From sequence record KT895374.1: a stretch of 64,000 nt of DNA; one strand, given 5' to 3'. Position numbers and translations under genes: made by a program. Under the pieces are notes generated by a model. It was given only the letters and a program-made list of their open reading frames with translations. It was not told where the DNA came from and searched no databases. Position 1 is the first letter of the stretch; every line of letters begins with the position of its first letter. This document shows positions 38,412 through 48,470 of this stretch, one piece after another.

Positions 38412-39473
38412 TTGGTAAGGAGTTCCTTTATGGACTTCTTACCAATAATTATATTTAAGGAGCAATTTAATATGTCTTTAGTTAAAATTAAAGAGGGTTT
38501 AATTGAATCTGATAATTTTTATATGTATAGCGATTTTGATAACTTCATTGGAGGAGCAGGTTATTATAGAAATGAAAATGGATTCTTTATGGAAACTTCT
38601 GAATTGATTGAAAGAGAGTTTTTATTTGAAGAGTTTGTTGTTCAAATAAAAAAAGAAACATGGGATAATTTTAAAAGTGGAGATAGTTTTGTTTTCTTTA
38701 TACAAGATAAAATTGATCAATATGGTATTGAAGAGAATTTTGATGAACAGGATTCAAAGCCATACTATAAAATAATTTTTAATAATAATTATCTACAAAC
38801 ATATATCTCTGATGATGGTAAGGAATGGACCAATATAGGTGGAGTTCATTTAGATGATTCAAAAATAATTAAACAAGGATTTATGAGAAATGGAGATAAT
38901 GTTTTAAAATTAGAAGAATATATTTTAGCTTCTGATCCTTACTTAACATTGAAAAACTTACCTGAAGAATCATATGCTAAACTTCTTGATTCAGAAGGAA
39001 ATATTATAATCGAAAAAGACACAGATTCAGAGGGTATATGTAAAATTTTTCTTAATTATTTTGGTACAGATTTTAATGTAGAAATATACGATAAAAATGA
39101 CCAAATTATTGAAAATAAAATAATAGATCGGCTTAATTACGGAGATACTTATTTATTGTGTGAATATGATTTTGAAATTATTTATAAGGATCAAGTTTTA
39201 AATAATGACAAAAGAACTTTACTTAATAGTAATTCTCTTATTCAAGAGATCATATTAAAAAATAAATCTGATGTAGTCTATAATAATTTAGAGATTAAAA
39301 TAGAAGGCAATGATAATGTTTTTATTAGTTTAAGCAATAACGACAATAATCCTAATAATTCATTATTATTAGATAGTTTAGACTCTAAAGAAGAAATAAG
39401 TCTTTTTATTTATTTAGATAAAAAATATAATAATGACTATTTATATAATAAGTTTAATTTAATGATAATTTAA
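38412..39473 (+). CDS. hypothetical beta-rich late protein
   Basis: 353 aa; YISDDGKEWTNIG loop; true start may be an internal ATG. Confidence 0.55.
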   Translation: MVRSSFMDFLPIIIFKEQFNMSLVKIKEGLIESDNFYMYSDFDNFIGGAGYYRNENGFFMETSELIEREFLFEEFVVQIKKETWDNFKSGDSFVFFIQDKIDQYGIEENFDEQDSKPYYKIIFNNNYLQTYISDDGKEWTNIGGVHLDDSKIIKQGFMRNGDNVLKLEEYILASDPYLTLKNLPEESYAKLLDSEGNIIIEKDTDSEGICKIFLNYFGTDFNVEIYDKNDQIIENKIIDRLNYGDTYLLCEYDFEIIYKDQVLNNDKRTLLNSNSLIQEIILKNKSDVVYNNLEIKIEGNDNVFISLSNNDNNPNNSLLLDSLDSKEEISLFIYLDKKYNNDYLYNKFNLMII

Positions 39474-39513
39474 AATATATATAATAAATATAGTATCTAA
39501 ATACTATATTTAT

Positions 39514-39523
39514 TATATATTAC
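39514..39523 (+). promoter_or_regulatory. putative early promoter TATATATTAC
   Basis: contains phiKZ-type early motif TATATTAC; overlaps end of perfect hairpin 39483-39514. Confidence 0.5.
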
Positions 39524-39536
39524 ATAGGGAGGTTTT

Positions 39537-39710
39537 ATTATATTTACTATATTTCTTTATATCCTATCTTTAATAATTTTAATAAACTGTGTTGCCAATA
39601 ATAGGAAGATTAGTACAGGAAAAATAAGAAAAGTAGTTAATTTAGCTCTTTTAATTCTAATAATTATTGATATTTTAGGTTTAATAATTTTTATTATTTA
39701 TTATTTTTAA
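39537..39710 (+). CDS. small two-TM membrane protein with ATT/ATA start (not in ORF track)
   Basis: GGGAGG SD at 39527-39532; open frame IIFTIFLYILSLIILINCVANNRKISTGKIRKVVNLALLILIIIDILGLIIFIIYYF. Confidence 0.5.
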   Translation: MIFTIFLYILSLIILINCVANNRKISTGKIRKVVNLALLILIIIDILGLIIFIIYYF

Positions 39711-39730
39711 AATTCTCGGAGGTAATAAAT

Positions 39731-39898
39731 TTGTCTTCAACAATTATTGGAGGTTTATTAGTCACTGTTTATTTATTAATAATGGTATATGTAATGATGT
39801 ATAAGATAGAAAAAGAAAAGATTAGAAAAATATCGTTTTTTATGAAAACTACATCATTAATTTATTTTATCTTAATATTAATAAATATACTTAATTAA
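39731..39898 (+). CDS. small two-TM membrane protein (55 aa, not in ORF track)
   Basis: GGAGG SD, TTG start; MSSTIIGGLLVTVYLLIMVYVMMYKIEKEKIRKISFFMKTTSLIYFILILINILN. Confidence 0.6.
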   Translation: MSSTIIGGLLVTVYLLIMVYVMMYKIEKEKIRKISFFMKTTSLIYFILILINILN

Positions 39899-39922
39899 AA
39901 AATTAATATAGGGGGTTATTGA

Positions 39923-40114
39923 TTGCTAACTGGCGAAGAATTGTTCTTTGGGTTATTAGGTACAGTTTTATTAGGTACATGCATAGGCACATTTTTTTAT
40001 TTATTACTGGAAACAATATTCTATTTTATAGAAAAAATTGGTAAATCAGTAATATCCATTAGTTTTACAATATTTTTACTAGTATCGGTAGTATTATTAA
40101 TTATATTTAGTTAG
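39923..40114 (+). CDS. small two-TM membrane protein (63 aa)
   Basis: GGGGG SD, TTG start, two hydrophobic segments. Confidence 0.6.
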   Translation: MLTGEELFFGLLGTVLLGTCIGTFFYLLLETIFYFIEKIGKSVISISFTIFLLVSVVLLIIFS

Positions 40115-40117
40115 GAA

Positions 40118-40711
40118 GTGTACATCATGGAAAGAGATAAAACAAAGGATCGAATTGAAGTAGCAAATAAATTAAGAAGTTCATTAAATGGATTATTTTC
40201 ATTATTTAGAACTGATAATAATTTAGAAGCTTTAAAGACATCAATTGATATGGAAAAAATTATTAAAATTAATGGTTTTTCAATTGAATATTCAACAGAT
40301 AAAGAAAATAAAATTACAAGAGCTAACAAAATTGTTGATGGAAAAATTGAGAGAGAAAAAGAAAGAAGTATCGGTAAAGAATATTCACATCTTCTTTCAA
40401 AAAATAGAGGTAATTCAGAGCAAATTATTGTATATAATGTAGATCTAGAAGAAATTGGGATTTCAAAAAGAAACACATATCTAAATAATAAAGGTAATAC
40501 CTTAAGATATACGGTAACTTATATTAAAAAAGATAATAATGTTGGTAAAACTGCATGGTATGCTAATTGTTGTAAACAGTTTACAACTTTTGATGAATTT
40601 GAGGATTATATTGCCGAGAGTAGTCTCTTTGGATATGATGAACTAGACTCTTTTACAAAAGAAAAAATTGAAAACTACAAAAAGAAACTTAATAGACTTG
40701 TAAATGCATAA
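40118..40711 (+). CDS. hypothetical protein
   Basis: 197-aa ORF. Confidence 0.6.
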   Translation: MYIMERDKTKDRIEVANKLRSSLNGLFSLFRTDNNLEALKTSIDMEKIIKINGFSIEYSTDKENKITRANKIVDGKIEREKERSIGKEYSHLLSKNRGNSEQIIVYNVDLEEIGISKRNTYLNNKGNTLRYTVTYIKKDNNVGKTAWYANCCKQFTTFDEFEDYIAESSLFGYDELDSFTKEKIENYKKKLNRLVNA

Positions 40712-40757
40712 ATAAAGTTCATAGAGATTTAATTTCTCTATGAACTTTATTTTTTTT
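40710..40757. terminator. bidirectional terminator
   Basis: AAATAAAGTTCATAGAGA-tttaatt-TCTCTATGAACTTTATTT between convergent genes. Confidence 0.85.
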
Positions 40758-41453
40758 TTAGATGTTTTCAACTACATTAAAACCTAATTCTTCTGCGTAT
40801 TTTCTATTAAACTCTTCATCTAGGTGCATACAATATACAAGATTTCTGTTTTTAGTTATAATGCTATTTAGCTTATTGATGGATAAATGTACATTACCAT
40901 CATAATCAAGGGAGCAAGTATCTTGATAGAAATAATTATATTTTCCATTATTAAGATTACTTATAATATTTTCTGGAATCTCACTACAGTCTCCACTATA
41001 ATAAATATTCTTATCATTATAATTAATTTCCAATGCAAAACTATTTACTTCTGGTGTATGTTTAACTGGAATCATTTTTAGTTTTAATTCATTATTCAAA
41101 TTTAGTTTTTTATTTGTTAAAATTGTATTATATAATTCACTACTAATTCCCATATTTTCTAAGATCCGTAAAATATAAGAATTTTCCACATGAGTTATTA
41201 TTTTTAACTTTTTATTCATTACATAATAAAGATAAAAGACTAAATCTCCAAGAGATCCTATATGATCAGGATGTGTATGTGTAATGGCTACATACACATC
41301 ATCATAATTATCTAAAGTATTTTTTTCTTTTAACCTACTAAAAACGGTACTACCGCAATCGATTAAAAAAAGATCTTTTTTTAGACTTAGGAAAGCACTA
41401 TTATTACCTAATTCTGTATTAAATGCACTCCCACTACCTATAAAATTTAGCAT
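40758..41453 (-). CDS. MBL-fold metallo-hydrolase (RNase Z / Apyc1-like clade)
   Basis: IGSGSAF, LIDCG, ITHTHPDHIG (HxHxDH), VKH, YSGD, VH, MH motifs. Confidence 0.85.
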   Translation of the reverse strand: MLNFIGSGSAFNTELGNNSAFLSLKKDLFLIDCGSTVFSRLKEKNTLDNYDDVYVAITHTHPDHIGSLGDLVFYLYYVMNKKLKIITHVENSYILRILENMGISSELYNTILTNKKLNLNNELKLKMIPVKHTPEVNSFALEINYNDKNIYYSGDCSEIPENIISNLNNGKYNYFYQDTCSLDYDGNVHLSINKLNSIITKNRNLVYCMHLDEEFNRKYAEELGFNVVENI

Positions 41454-41462
41454 ATAGTCTCC

Positions 41463-43685
41463 TTATGAATAGAATACCTTCACATGTCCATTTTTAATTA
41501 CTAGTGTTCCATTTTCATTTGTAAAAGTATAATTTTCTTTTTTATCTACATCCAAACCACTCCACCAAGTACCAGTTAGAACTTTTGCCATTTTAAGGGT
41601 ATTGATTTGAATTTTAGATTTGATAATTTTAGCTTTAGTTGATTTAAGCATATCTTTTAAAGCTTCTAGTGTTTCTTTTTCACTTGGACTATTTTCCTCA
41701 ATATTATTGATTAGTGAAATAGCTCTTTGCATTGCTTTAATCGGTTCATTAATTTTTTTCTTTCCTTCAATAACATCTTCTACTTTTGGTAGAGAAGACC
41801 ATCCTTTTAATGTGAATTCTAATAAACGACTTTCATAAAAGTCTTGTTCGCTAGATTCCTTTACAACTCGATCTACACCTTTATATTCAAGTCTAGAATT
41901 TAATCCATGATTTTCTAAAACTTTAATTTGTTCAGCATTATATGTTTTAAATTCTTCTGTCTTTTTCATATTATAATTCTTATTCTCTTTTTGCTTAATA
42001 AAGTAATTTAATACCTTCTGTTTTGCTTTTTGTTCATTAATAAATTTAACAAGATTTAAAATATCCTCCACATTGCTTTGTTTAGCTTGCTGTCTGTTAA
42101 TAATAGGTAATTTAGTTAAATCAATATGGAAATAAATACTAGTATCTTCTTCAAAATCATTAGTTTCCTTAATTAAATCCTCAATGTTTTGACTCTTCAG
42201 AATCTTAATTAGTTCACTGCCAAATTTTTTATCAGTTACAAATTTAATTTCCTTGATATTTAGTGTTCCATCTTTAATAATAGTTTGAGTTCTATAGATT
42301 GATGATTTAATTTCTTTTGGCAGATCAACTCTTTTTGCTTCAATAGGGTTAATTGATACCTTACCCTCAATTTTATATCGAATACTCATATTCAAATGTT
42401 TTTCATTAAATTCTAAGCTGTTAGAAAAAGGTGTTAAGATTGCTTTATCTAACTTCTTAAATAAATTAAATTCATCATTTACTTTTTTACCGATTCGATT
42501 ATAATCCCCAACTGGGATATACATAGCAGAGCTATCAGATGCTAATAATTGAATAAGATCCATTACTGAAAAAGCATCATCTTTAGGTAGATAATTCTCA
42601 TCAGCTTCACCTTTTAAATACCTTAATTTATTAGAAAAGATTGCTTTTCTGATATTCTCTAGATGATCTTTTCGTTGTGAAGGAGTAAATGCATTAATTT
42701 GAGAGTCAATAAGATTAATATCTTTAATATTAGATGATAAAACATCTAAACATTCTTCATGGTTATCATTATAATAATATTCATAAGCTAAGGTATATAA
42801 AAGATTATTTAATGTAGTTTTAGGAATTTTCTTTTCAATATCTTCAGTTTTAAATGTTTCTTCATTAATTTTAAATTCTCCTTCAGTATCTAATAATAAG
42901 AAGAATTGATTTTTAATATTATCAATAGTTTTTAGTTCCATAGAATCTGATTTTAATTTACTTAACTTACTAGTAAGATATACAATTTCAGCACCATCAG
43001 AAGATAATGAAACACTTTCTCTTTTCATACCAGAGATGTTCTCATAAACTCTAGTAAAGATTTCAGAGTAATCTTTAATATTATCAGAGTGGAACATTCT
43101 ACCAAATGAAGACTTTTCTGACATCATTTTTAATAGTTCTTCATTATAGTATGATCCATAACCAATAGTATTAATGGCTAATACATCTTCACTTAGTAAT
43201 TTAATAAATTCTTCAATCTTAGAGTTTTCATAACTGATATCATTGACTACTGGCACACCATCAGTAAATAGAGTTACAGTAAAATTAGGACAAATGACTC
43301 TTAGATCTTCTACAATTTTATAGGAGTCTTCTAACGGTTTAGAAAAACAAGTAGTTCCATTTACCGAATTTCTTTTTGATTCTAGAAATTTTTTAATATC
43401 GTCTCTATCTCTAGCTGATTTTCCTTTTAATAGAACTTCAGAGGAATCAGAGAATAAAATTACAGAAATTAAATCTTCTTCATGCATTACTTCTAATGTA
43501 TCAATTACATTATCAATCAGTCCATTAAAATCATTATACATAGAGTAAGATCTATCTAAAATATGAATATGATGATTTCGTTCTACTTCGATTTTTTCTT
43601 CCTTTACTTCTTCATCCTTATAGTTAATAGCGACTACAGTTTTTTCTTTTTTGCCAATTTTTAGTTTAGTTTTATAAAAATTCAT
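41463..43685 (-). CDS. large VWA-domain protein
   Basis: N-terminal MIDAS ILDRSYSM...GTT...LFTDG...TIGYG; ~500-aa unknown C-terminal region. Confidence 0.75.
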   Translation of the reverse strand: MNFYKTKLKIGKKEKTVVAINYKDEEVKEEKIEVERNHHIHILDRSYSMYNDFNGLIDNVIDTLEVMHEEDLISVILFSDSSEVLLKGKSARDRDDIKKFLESKRNSVNGTTCFSKPLEDSYKIVEDLRVICPNFTVTLFTDGVPVVNDISYENSKIEEFIKLLSEDVLAINTIGYGSYYNEELLKMMSEKSSFGRMFHSDNIKDYSEIFTRVYENISGMKRESVSLSSDGAEIVYLTSKLSKLKSDSMELKTIDNIKNQFFLLLDTEGEFKINEETFKTEDIEKKIPKTTLNNLLYTLAYEYYYNDNHEECLDVLSSNIKDINLIDSQINAFTPSQRKDHLENIRKAIFSNKLRYLKGEADENYLPKDDAFSVMDLIQLLASDSSAMYIPVGDYNRIGKKVNDEFNLFKKLDKAILTPFSNSLEFNEKHLNMSIRYKIEGKVSINPIEAKRVDLPKEIKSSIYRTQTIIKDGTLNIKEIKFVTDKKFGSELIKILKSQNIEDLIKETNDFEEDTSIYFHIDLTKLPIINRQQAKQSNVEDILNLVKFINEQKAKQKVLNYFIKQKENKNYNMKKTEEFKTYNAEQIKVLENHGLNSRLEYKGVDRVVKESSEQDFYESRLLEFTLKGWSSLPKVEDVIEGKKKINEPIKAMQRAISLINNIEENSPSEKETLEALKDMLKSTKAKIIKSKIQINTLKMAKVLTGTWWSGLDVDKKENYTFTNENGTLVIKNGHVKVFYS

Positions 43686-43713
43686 AACAACTCTCCTCCA
43701 AAATATTCATTTA

Positions 43714-43725
43714 CAATTTAGTGTT
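43714..43725 (-). promoter_or_regulatory. putative late promoter AACA-CTAAAT-TG
   Basis: upstream of GGAGGAG SD of the VWA gene. Confidence 0.45.
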
Positions 43726-43779
43726 TCTTATTTTCCCCAAAAAATAAGAAAATACACATCTGTATTGAATATATTGGAT

Positions 43780-43795
43780 AAATATATATTATATA
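43780..43795 (+). promoter_or_regulatory. putative early promoter motif
   Basis: AAATATATATTATATA. Confidence 0.55.
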
Positions 43796-43835
43796 AGAGA
43801 AAAGATAATATAATAAGGGAAGAGGAGTTTTTGGT

Positions 43836-44546
43836 ATGACTGAACTAATATTTGAAATAAGAAACAAAAACAACTACAATTTTTCGGTTACTAGAAATGA
43901 AAGAGGACTAGCCTATTCAAAAGTTATTTTATTTGATCAAGGGATTAGTAGTACAAAGAATGATGGGGTATTTCAATATAACCATGAAATATTAGAGAAT
44001 CTAGACATTAACTTTTTAGATGAAGGGTATGAAATAACAAGAAATGAGGAATTAAATTTTCTTCATGAAGGAACAGATTTAATTTATAATGATGGTTTTT
44101 ATTTTAAATTATTTCTTTTTGATTCTATCGTTAGTAGTTATTCAGATGAAATGGAAAAGGTTTGTTCATGTGATTTAGATTTAATCTTTATTGATAGTCT
44201 AGAAATTGATGTAGACAATAAAGAGTATACTTTGATTATTTCAAGCGAAAAAGTAATTGATGGTAGAGTAAATATTGATCCTTCAAAAATAAATTATGAT
44301 TTTGATGATTTAATTCTAAAAATAAACAACGTTAGTGAAGAAATGGTAAATACTATTTCCCTTAGAATTATGTCATATAATGATATTTATCATACGAACG
44401 GACCAATTCTAATCAAAGACTCACCAAGATTTTTTAAAGTTTCAACAAAAATTGAAAATGTAAAAAATCATTATGTTAAAAACTACCTAGAAAATATCAA
44501 ACAAAAAGAATTTAAGAATTATTTTCTTATTGATAAAATCTTATAA
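43836..44546 (+). CDS. hypothetical acidic protein
   Basis: 236 aa, GAGGAG SD. Confidence 0.6.
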   Translation: MTELIFEIRNKNNYNFSVTRNERGLAYSKVILFDQGISSTKNDGVFQYNHEILENLDINFLDEGYEITRNEELNFLHEGTDLIYNDGFYFKLFLFDSIVSSYSDEMEKVCSCDLDLIFIDSLEIDVDNKEYTLIISSEKVIDGRVNIDPSKINYDFDDLILKINNVSEEMVNTISLRIMSYNDIYHTNGPILIKDSPRFFKVSTKIENVKNHYVKNYLENIKQKEFKNYFLIDKIL

Positions 44547-44550
44547 AATA

Positions 44551-44591
44551 AAAAAAAAATAACCTAAAGTTTATTAGGTTATTTTTTTTTT
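44551..44591. terminator. bidirectional terminator
   Basis: A-run AATAACCTAA-agttta-TTAGGTTATT T-run. Confidence 0.85.
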
Positions 44592-45101
44592 TTATAAAAA
44601 TCCTTTTCTCATAGATAATAATAAGGCTTGTGCTGTGAAATAATGAAGACATCCATTATTTAATAAAAACATTACTTCTTCTCTATTAAAAAATCCTACT
44701 TGACCAATTTCATTTTCCTGTGGGATAATTGTATTATAATCAAAGTTATCTTTTAATTTAGCAATGTAAACAGAACATCTCTTCATAAAAGGTTCTCCAT
44801 CAAGAATAAAATACTTTTCAATATCGTCTAATTTTTTAAACTTCCTAATATTGTTCCTAGTAACATTAAATTCCTCTTTTAATTCTCTAATAGCACAATC
44901 TTCTAAACTTTCATTCTCTTCTATTTTTCCACTGGGTAATGTCCACTTAGCTTTAAGAATACCCTCATCAATTAATCTTAAAGTTTCTTCCTTTAAATCA
45001 ATTTTTGTACCTAATAATACTTGTTTATTTTCATTAATAATAACTGTAGAGCATTGAATAAATAAATTATTCTTAGGTCTTACTTTCTCTTTTAATAACA
45101 T
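44592..45101 (-). CDS. Nudix hydrolase
   Basis: Nudix box PSGKIEENESLEDCAIRELKEEFNV. Confidence 0.88.
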   Translation of the reverse strand: MLLKEKVRPKNNLFIQCSTVIINENKQVLLGTKIDLKEETLRLIDEGILKAKWTLPSGKIEENESLEDCAIRELKEEFNVTRNNIRKFKKLDDIEKYFILDGEPFMKRCSVYIAKLKDNFDYNTIIPQENEIGQVGFFNREEVMFLLNNGCLHYFTAQALLLSMRKGFL

Positions 45102-45248
45102 CTTTAAATTCCCCTTTTATTTTTTTTCTTTTTTTATATCTATTAAATAATATATATTTTTAGTTTATATTATTTTTTTTTACACTAAATACATTATTAT
45201 ATTTATGTTAGTTATCTTTATATTTTTTATAAAAAATATTTTTCAATT

Positions 45249-45260
45249 AACATAAATATA
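45249..45260 (+). promoter_or_regulatory. putative late promoter AACA-TAAATA-TA
   Basis: upstream of PhoH gene. Confidence 0.4.
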
Positions 45261-45319
45261 ATATTTTCTTTTAGTATTACCCTTTTAAAATAATATGACA
45301 AAAGAAAAGAGGAAATTAA

Positions 45320-46726
45320 TTGGTAAAAAACTATGTATTAGATACTAACGTATTAGCTCATCATCCTGAATCAATTTATTCTTTTCAAGAACATAATGTA
45401 TATATTCCTGAAGGAGTTATTGAAGAGTTAGATAATCTTAAAAAAGATAAAGGTGAATTAGGTTATAACGTTAGAAAAGTAATTAACTATTTAGATAAAA
45501 TCAGAGGAGAAGGTAAGAACTTTTTAGAAGGTATCGATCTAGAAAGTGGTGGTAAATTATTTATCTTACCTAATGTTACTACATCTACTTTATCTATTAT
45601 GCGTTCATCATGGGATAGTAAAAAAATAGATAACCAAATCATTGAATCGACTCTTTATTTAAAAGAAAATAGTGAAAATGAAACAATTCTAGTAAGTAAA
45701 GACACTATTATTCGAATTAAATCAGATATGCATGAATTAAAATCAGAAGACTATCAAAATGATATGGTAGAAGAATTAGACAAACAGTATACTGGTCGTA
45801 TGACTGTTTATATTGATAGTGAAGATCTTGATTCATTTTTTGAAAATGGTGAATTATCCTTAGTTAATGAAGATAATGAACTTATTACTATGTATAATGA
45901 GCAATCTGAATTAATAAATTCCCTTCAAACATTTACTGAAAATCAATATATAACATTATTAGCTATTAGTCCTCAAGGTAAAAGCGCATTAGGTTTTTAT
46001 ACTGATGGATTTTTTAAGAAGTTAGTATTTGAAAACGCTCATCCTTTTGGAATTACAGGGAAAAATTCAGGTCAAATTTTTGCTATTGATGCTTTACTTC
46101 ATTCAGCTGAAACTAATCCATTAGTTATTTTAAAAGGTCCAGCTGGTACAGCTAAAACATTCCTAACAATAGCATCTGGTCTTCATAGAGTTATGGATAA
46201 AGAAGAGAAAGAATATCGAAAAATTTTAGTTGCAAGACCTAATATTTTAATGGATGAAGACTTAGGATACCTTCCAGGATCTGAACAAGAAAAAATTATG
46301 CCATTAATGAGACCTATCTTTGATAATCTAGAAGGAATTGTAGATAGTGATAAATCTAGATACGATAATGAAGATCAGCTTAACGATAAAATTAATGAGA
46401 TTTTTGATAGAGGTCTTATTCAGTTTGAAGCTATGGGTTATTTTAGAGGTCGTTCAATTGTTAAGCAGTTCATTTTTATTGATGAAGCTCAAAATATTAC
46501 CCCTAAGACAATGAAAGGTATTTTATCTCGTGCAGGTGAGGGTACTAAAATTGTAATTGCGGGAGATCCACAACAGGTTGATCATCCTTATTTAAATGAG
46601 ACTGTAAATGGATTATCTTATGCTTCTGAAAAGATGAAAGGTAGCAGTTATTGTAAACAGGTAACTTTTACTTCAGATGAATGTCAACGTTCTGAATTAG
46701 CACAAGAAGTTAGCGAAAGATTGTAA
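45320..46726 (+). CDS. phoH: PIN domain + PhoH ATPase (PhoH2/YlaK-like)
   Basis: N-terminal PIN YVLDTNVL...PEGVIEELD; Walker A GPAGTAKT; YFRGRSI, FIDEAQN, LSRAGEGTKIVIAGDPQQVD. Confidence 0.9.
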   Translation: MVKNYVLDTNVLAHHPESIYSFQEHNVYIPEGVIEELDNLKKDKGELGYNVRKVINYLDKIRGEGKNFLEGIDLESGGKLFILPNVTTSTLSIMRSSWDSKKIDNQIIESTLYLKENSENETILVSKDTIIRIKSDMHELKSEDYQNDMVEELDKQYTGRMTVYIDSEDLDSFFENGELSLVNEDNELITMYNEQSELINSLQTFTENQYITLLAISPQGKSALGFYTDGFFKKLVFENAHPFGITGKNSGQIFAIDALLHSAETNPLVILKGPAGTAKTFLTIASGLHRVMDKEEKEYRKILVARPNILMDEDLGYLPGSEQEKIMPLMRPIFDNLEGIVDSDKSRYDNEDQLNDKINEIFDRGLIQFEAMGYFRGRSIVKQFIFIDEAQNITPKTMKGILSRAGEGTKIVIAGDPQQVDHPYLNETVNGLSYASEKMKGSSYCKQVTFTSDECQRSELAQEVSERL

Positions 46727-46764
46727 AAATTTAGATTTGGAGCCATATTAATCCTTTTTTATTG

Positions 46765-46776
46765 AACAATATATTG
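46765..46776 (+). promoter_or_regulatory. putative late promoter AACA-ATATAT-TG
   Basis: consensus match in intergenic gap. Confidence 0.55.
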
Positions 46777-46808
46777 GGAGAGATTTACTAGTAAGGGAGA
46801 ATTAACTT

Positions 46809-47246
46809 ATGGCTTCACTTCTTATTGAGGAAACCTTCTTGTTTAATTTAGTCGAAGGTTCTAAACCAGAAATTAACTTAGAAAAAGAGAATCAGTTAAA
46901 AGAGAAAAGTAGGAAAGTTATTAAAAGTGTTAGTAAAAATGAAACTATTATTTTTAGAGCTGTAGACATAGGAAATAGAATTGACATCAAGATTGTTGGA
47001 ATTGATAAAAATAATAATGAAAGAACCTTAGAAACTGTTAGTAATGTATTTAAGAAAGATTCAAACTATAACTCAAGTAATATAATCGAAGTATCACTTA
47101 GACTGGGAAATGAATTTAAAAAAGTGTTTGATAAATGCTTTAATGGAAATAAATCTCTTATAAAATTATTAGATTTCTATTTTACTTATCATGATGATAA
47201 TAGAGCTTTAAATTTAAATACCTCTAAGTGGGAAAAAATTAATTAA
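46809..47246 (+). CDS. hypothetical late protein
   Basis: 145 aa, AAGGGAG SD. Confidence 0.6.
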   Translation: MASLLIEETFLFNLVEGSKPEINLEKENQLKEKSRKVIKSVSKNETIIFRAVDIGNRIDIKIVGIDKNNNERTLETVSNVFKKDSNYNSSNIIEVSLRLGNEFKKVFDKCFNGNKSLIKLLDFYFTYHDDNRALNLNTSKWEKIN

Positions 47247-47273
47247 CATATAAAATTCAAGTATCAAACTTTA

Positions 47274-47311
47274 AAAATATATAAATGGGCAAAAGTCCAT
47301 TTATATATTTT
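47274..47311 (+). terminator. intrinsic terminator
   Basis: AAAATATATAAATGG-gcaaaagt-CCATTTATATATTTT. Confidence 0.75.
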
Positions 47312-47317
47312 ATTAAA

Positions 47318-47329
47318 AACAATCTAATA
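47318..47329 (+). promoter_or_regulatory. putative late promoter AACA-ATCTAA-TA
   Basis: immediately upstream of the vRNAP gene. Confidence 0.55.
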
Positions 47330-47339
47330 AAATATATAA

Positions 47340-48470
47340 ATGGAGAGGATAAATAATATGCTTATTGATAATATTGAGTCTAATTATCTAACCAAATTAG
47401 ATAAAAAAGATTTTCGAAAAATTATTATTGAAAAATCATGTAATAAAGATTTAATTAAGCAACTTTCAGAAAAATATAATATTTCCAATGATGTATTATA
47501 CCTAGTTTCTTTAAATTATACTTGTGAAAAAGTTAAGATGGAAAATTTACTATATGATATTGAAAAAATTCTAGAGGATTACCACTTAGAAAGAGATAAT
47601 TTCTTTATGGTAAGAAATCAATCAAATTTATACACTAATATTGCCCATGACTTATTTAATGAGAGTTTAAATTCTGTTGATACTGCACTATGCTATAATT
47701 TTTGGAAAAACTCAATTAATGAAGAAAATGATTTAGATACCTTTAAAAAATCATATAGTGATCTTAAAAATCATTTTAATCCCTTTATAGTGGAAGATAA
47801 ATTCAATACATCATTCTTTAGAGAGAGAAATAAAGAAAATTACGAAAAATCATTTAATGCTCTTAAAGAAGATACCATTAAAGAATTTACTAAAATGATG
47901 GTTAAAATTGGTTTATTAGAAATAAATAATGATGAATCTCTATTTGAATACATTGAGAAACCTAATCAGTTTGTTAAAGAAAAAGAAGTTATTAATGAAT
48001 CTGCTGATTTAGTTTTAGAAGATAAAGAAGTATTCAATGAAGACCTTGCACCTAAAAATAATAAAACTAAAAGACAGAAAATTGAAGCTCTTATTACAAA
48101 AGTAATTTCTACTCTTGACGTTACAGGATTAAATACTAATAAGTATAAAAAATTCTTTGGTAAAATGACAGATAGTCAATTTGATCAATATATGAGAAAG
48201 TTTTTAAAAGATGAAGATGAGAATTTTTATTTAGAAATTTTACCTAATAAAAATGAGCCTTCACTGGAGCAACTTAATAAGGCTTTGGATATATTAAAAG
48301 TTCCTATGAATGAGTATTTATATCTTAAACATGACGGTCATAAGGATGATCCAATTCGAACAGCTTATAAAGTACCTATTGGGTATATTACAGTTCGAAG
48401 GGTACAACAGATTTTAAGTAAGAAAAATACCTACTCACTTGATATTAGTCAACGAAATATGAAAACGGGT
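47340..48470 (+). CDS. virion RNA polymerase beta subunit C-terminal fragment (phiKZ gp149-like), exon 1
   Basis: LDVTGLNTNKYKKFFGKMTDSQF...ITVRRVQQILSKK...RNMKTG pattern; long unassigned N-terminal region. Confidence 0.7.
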
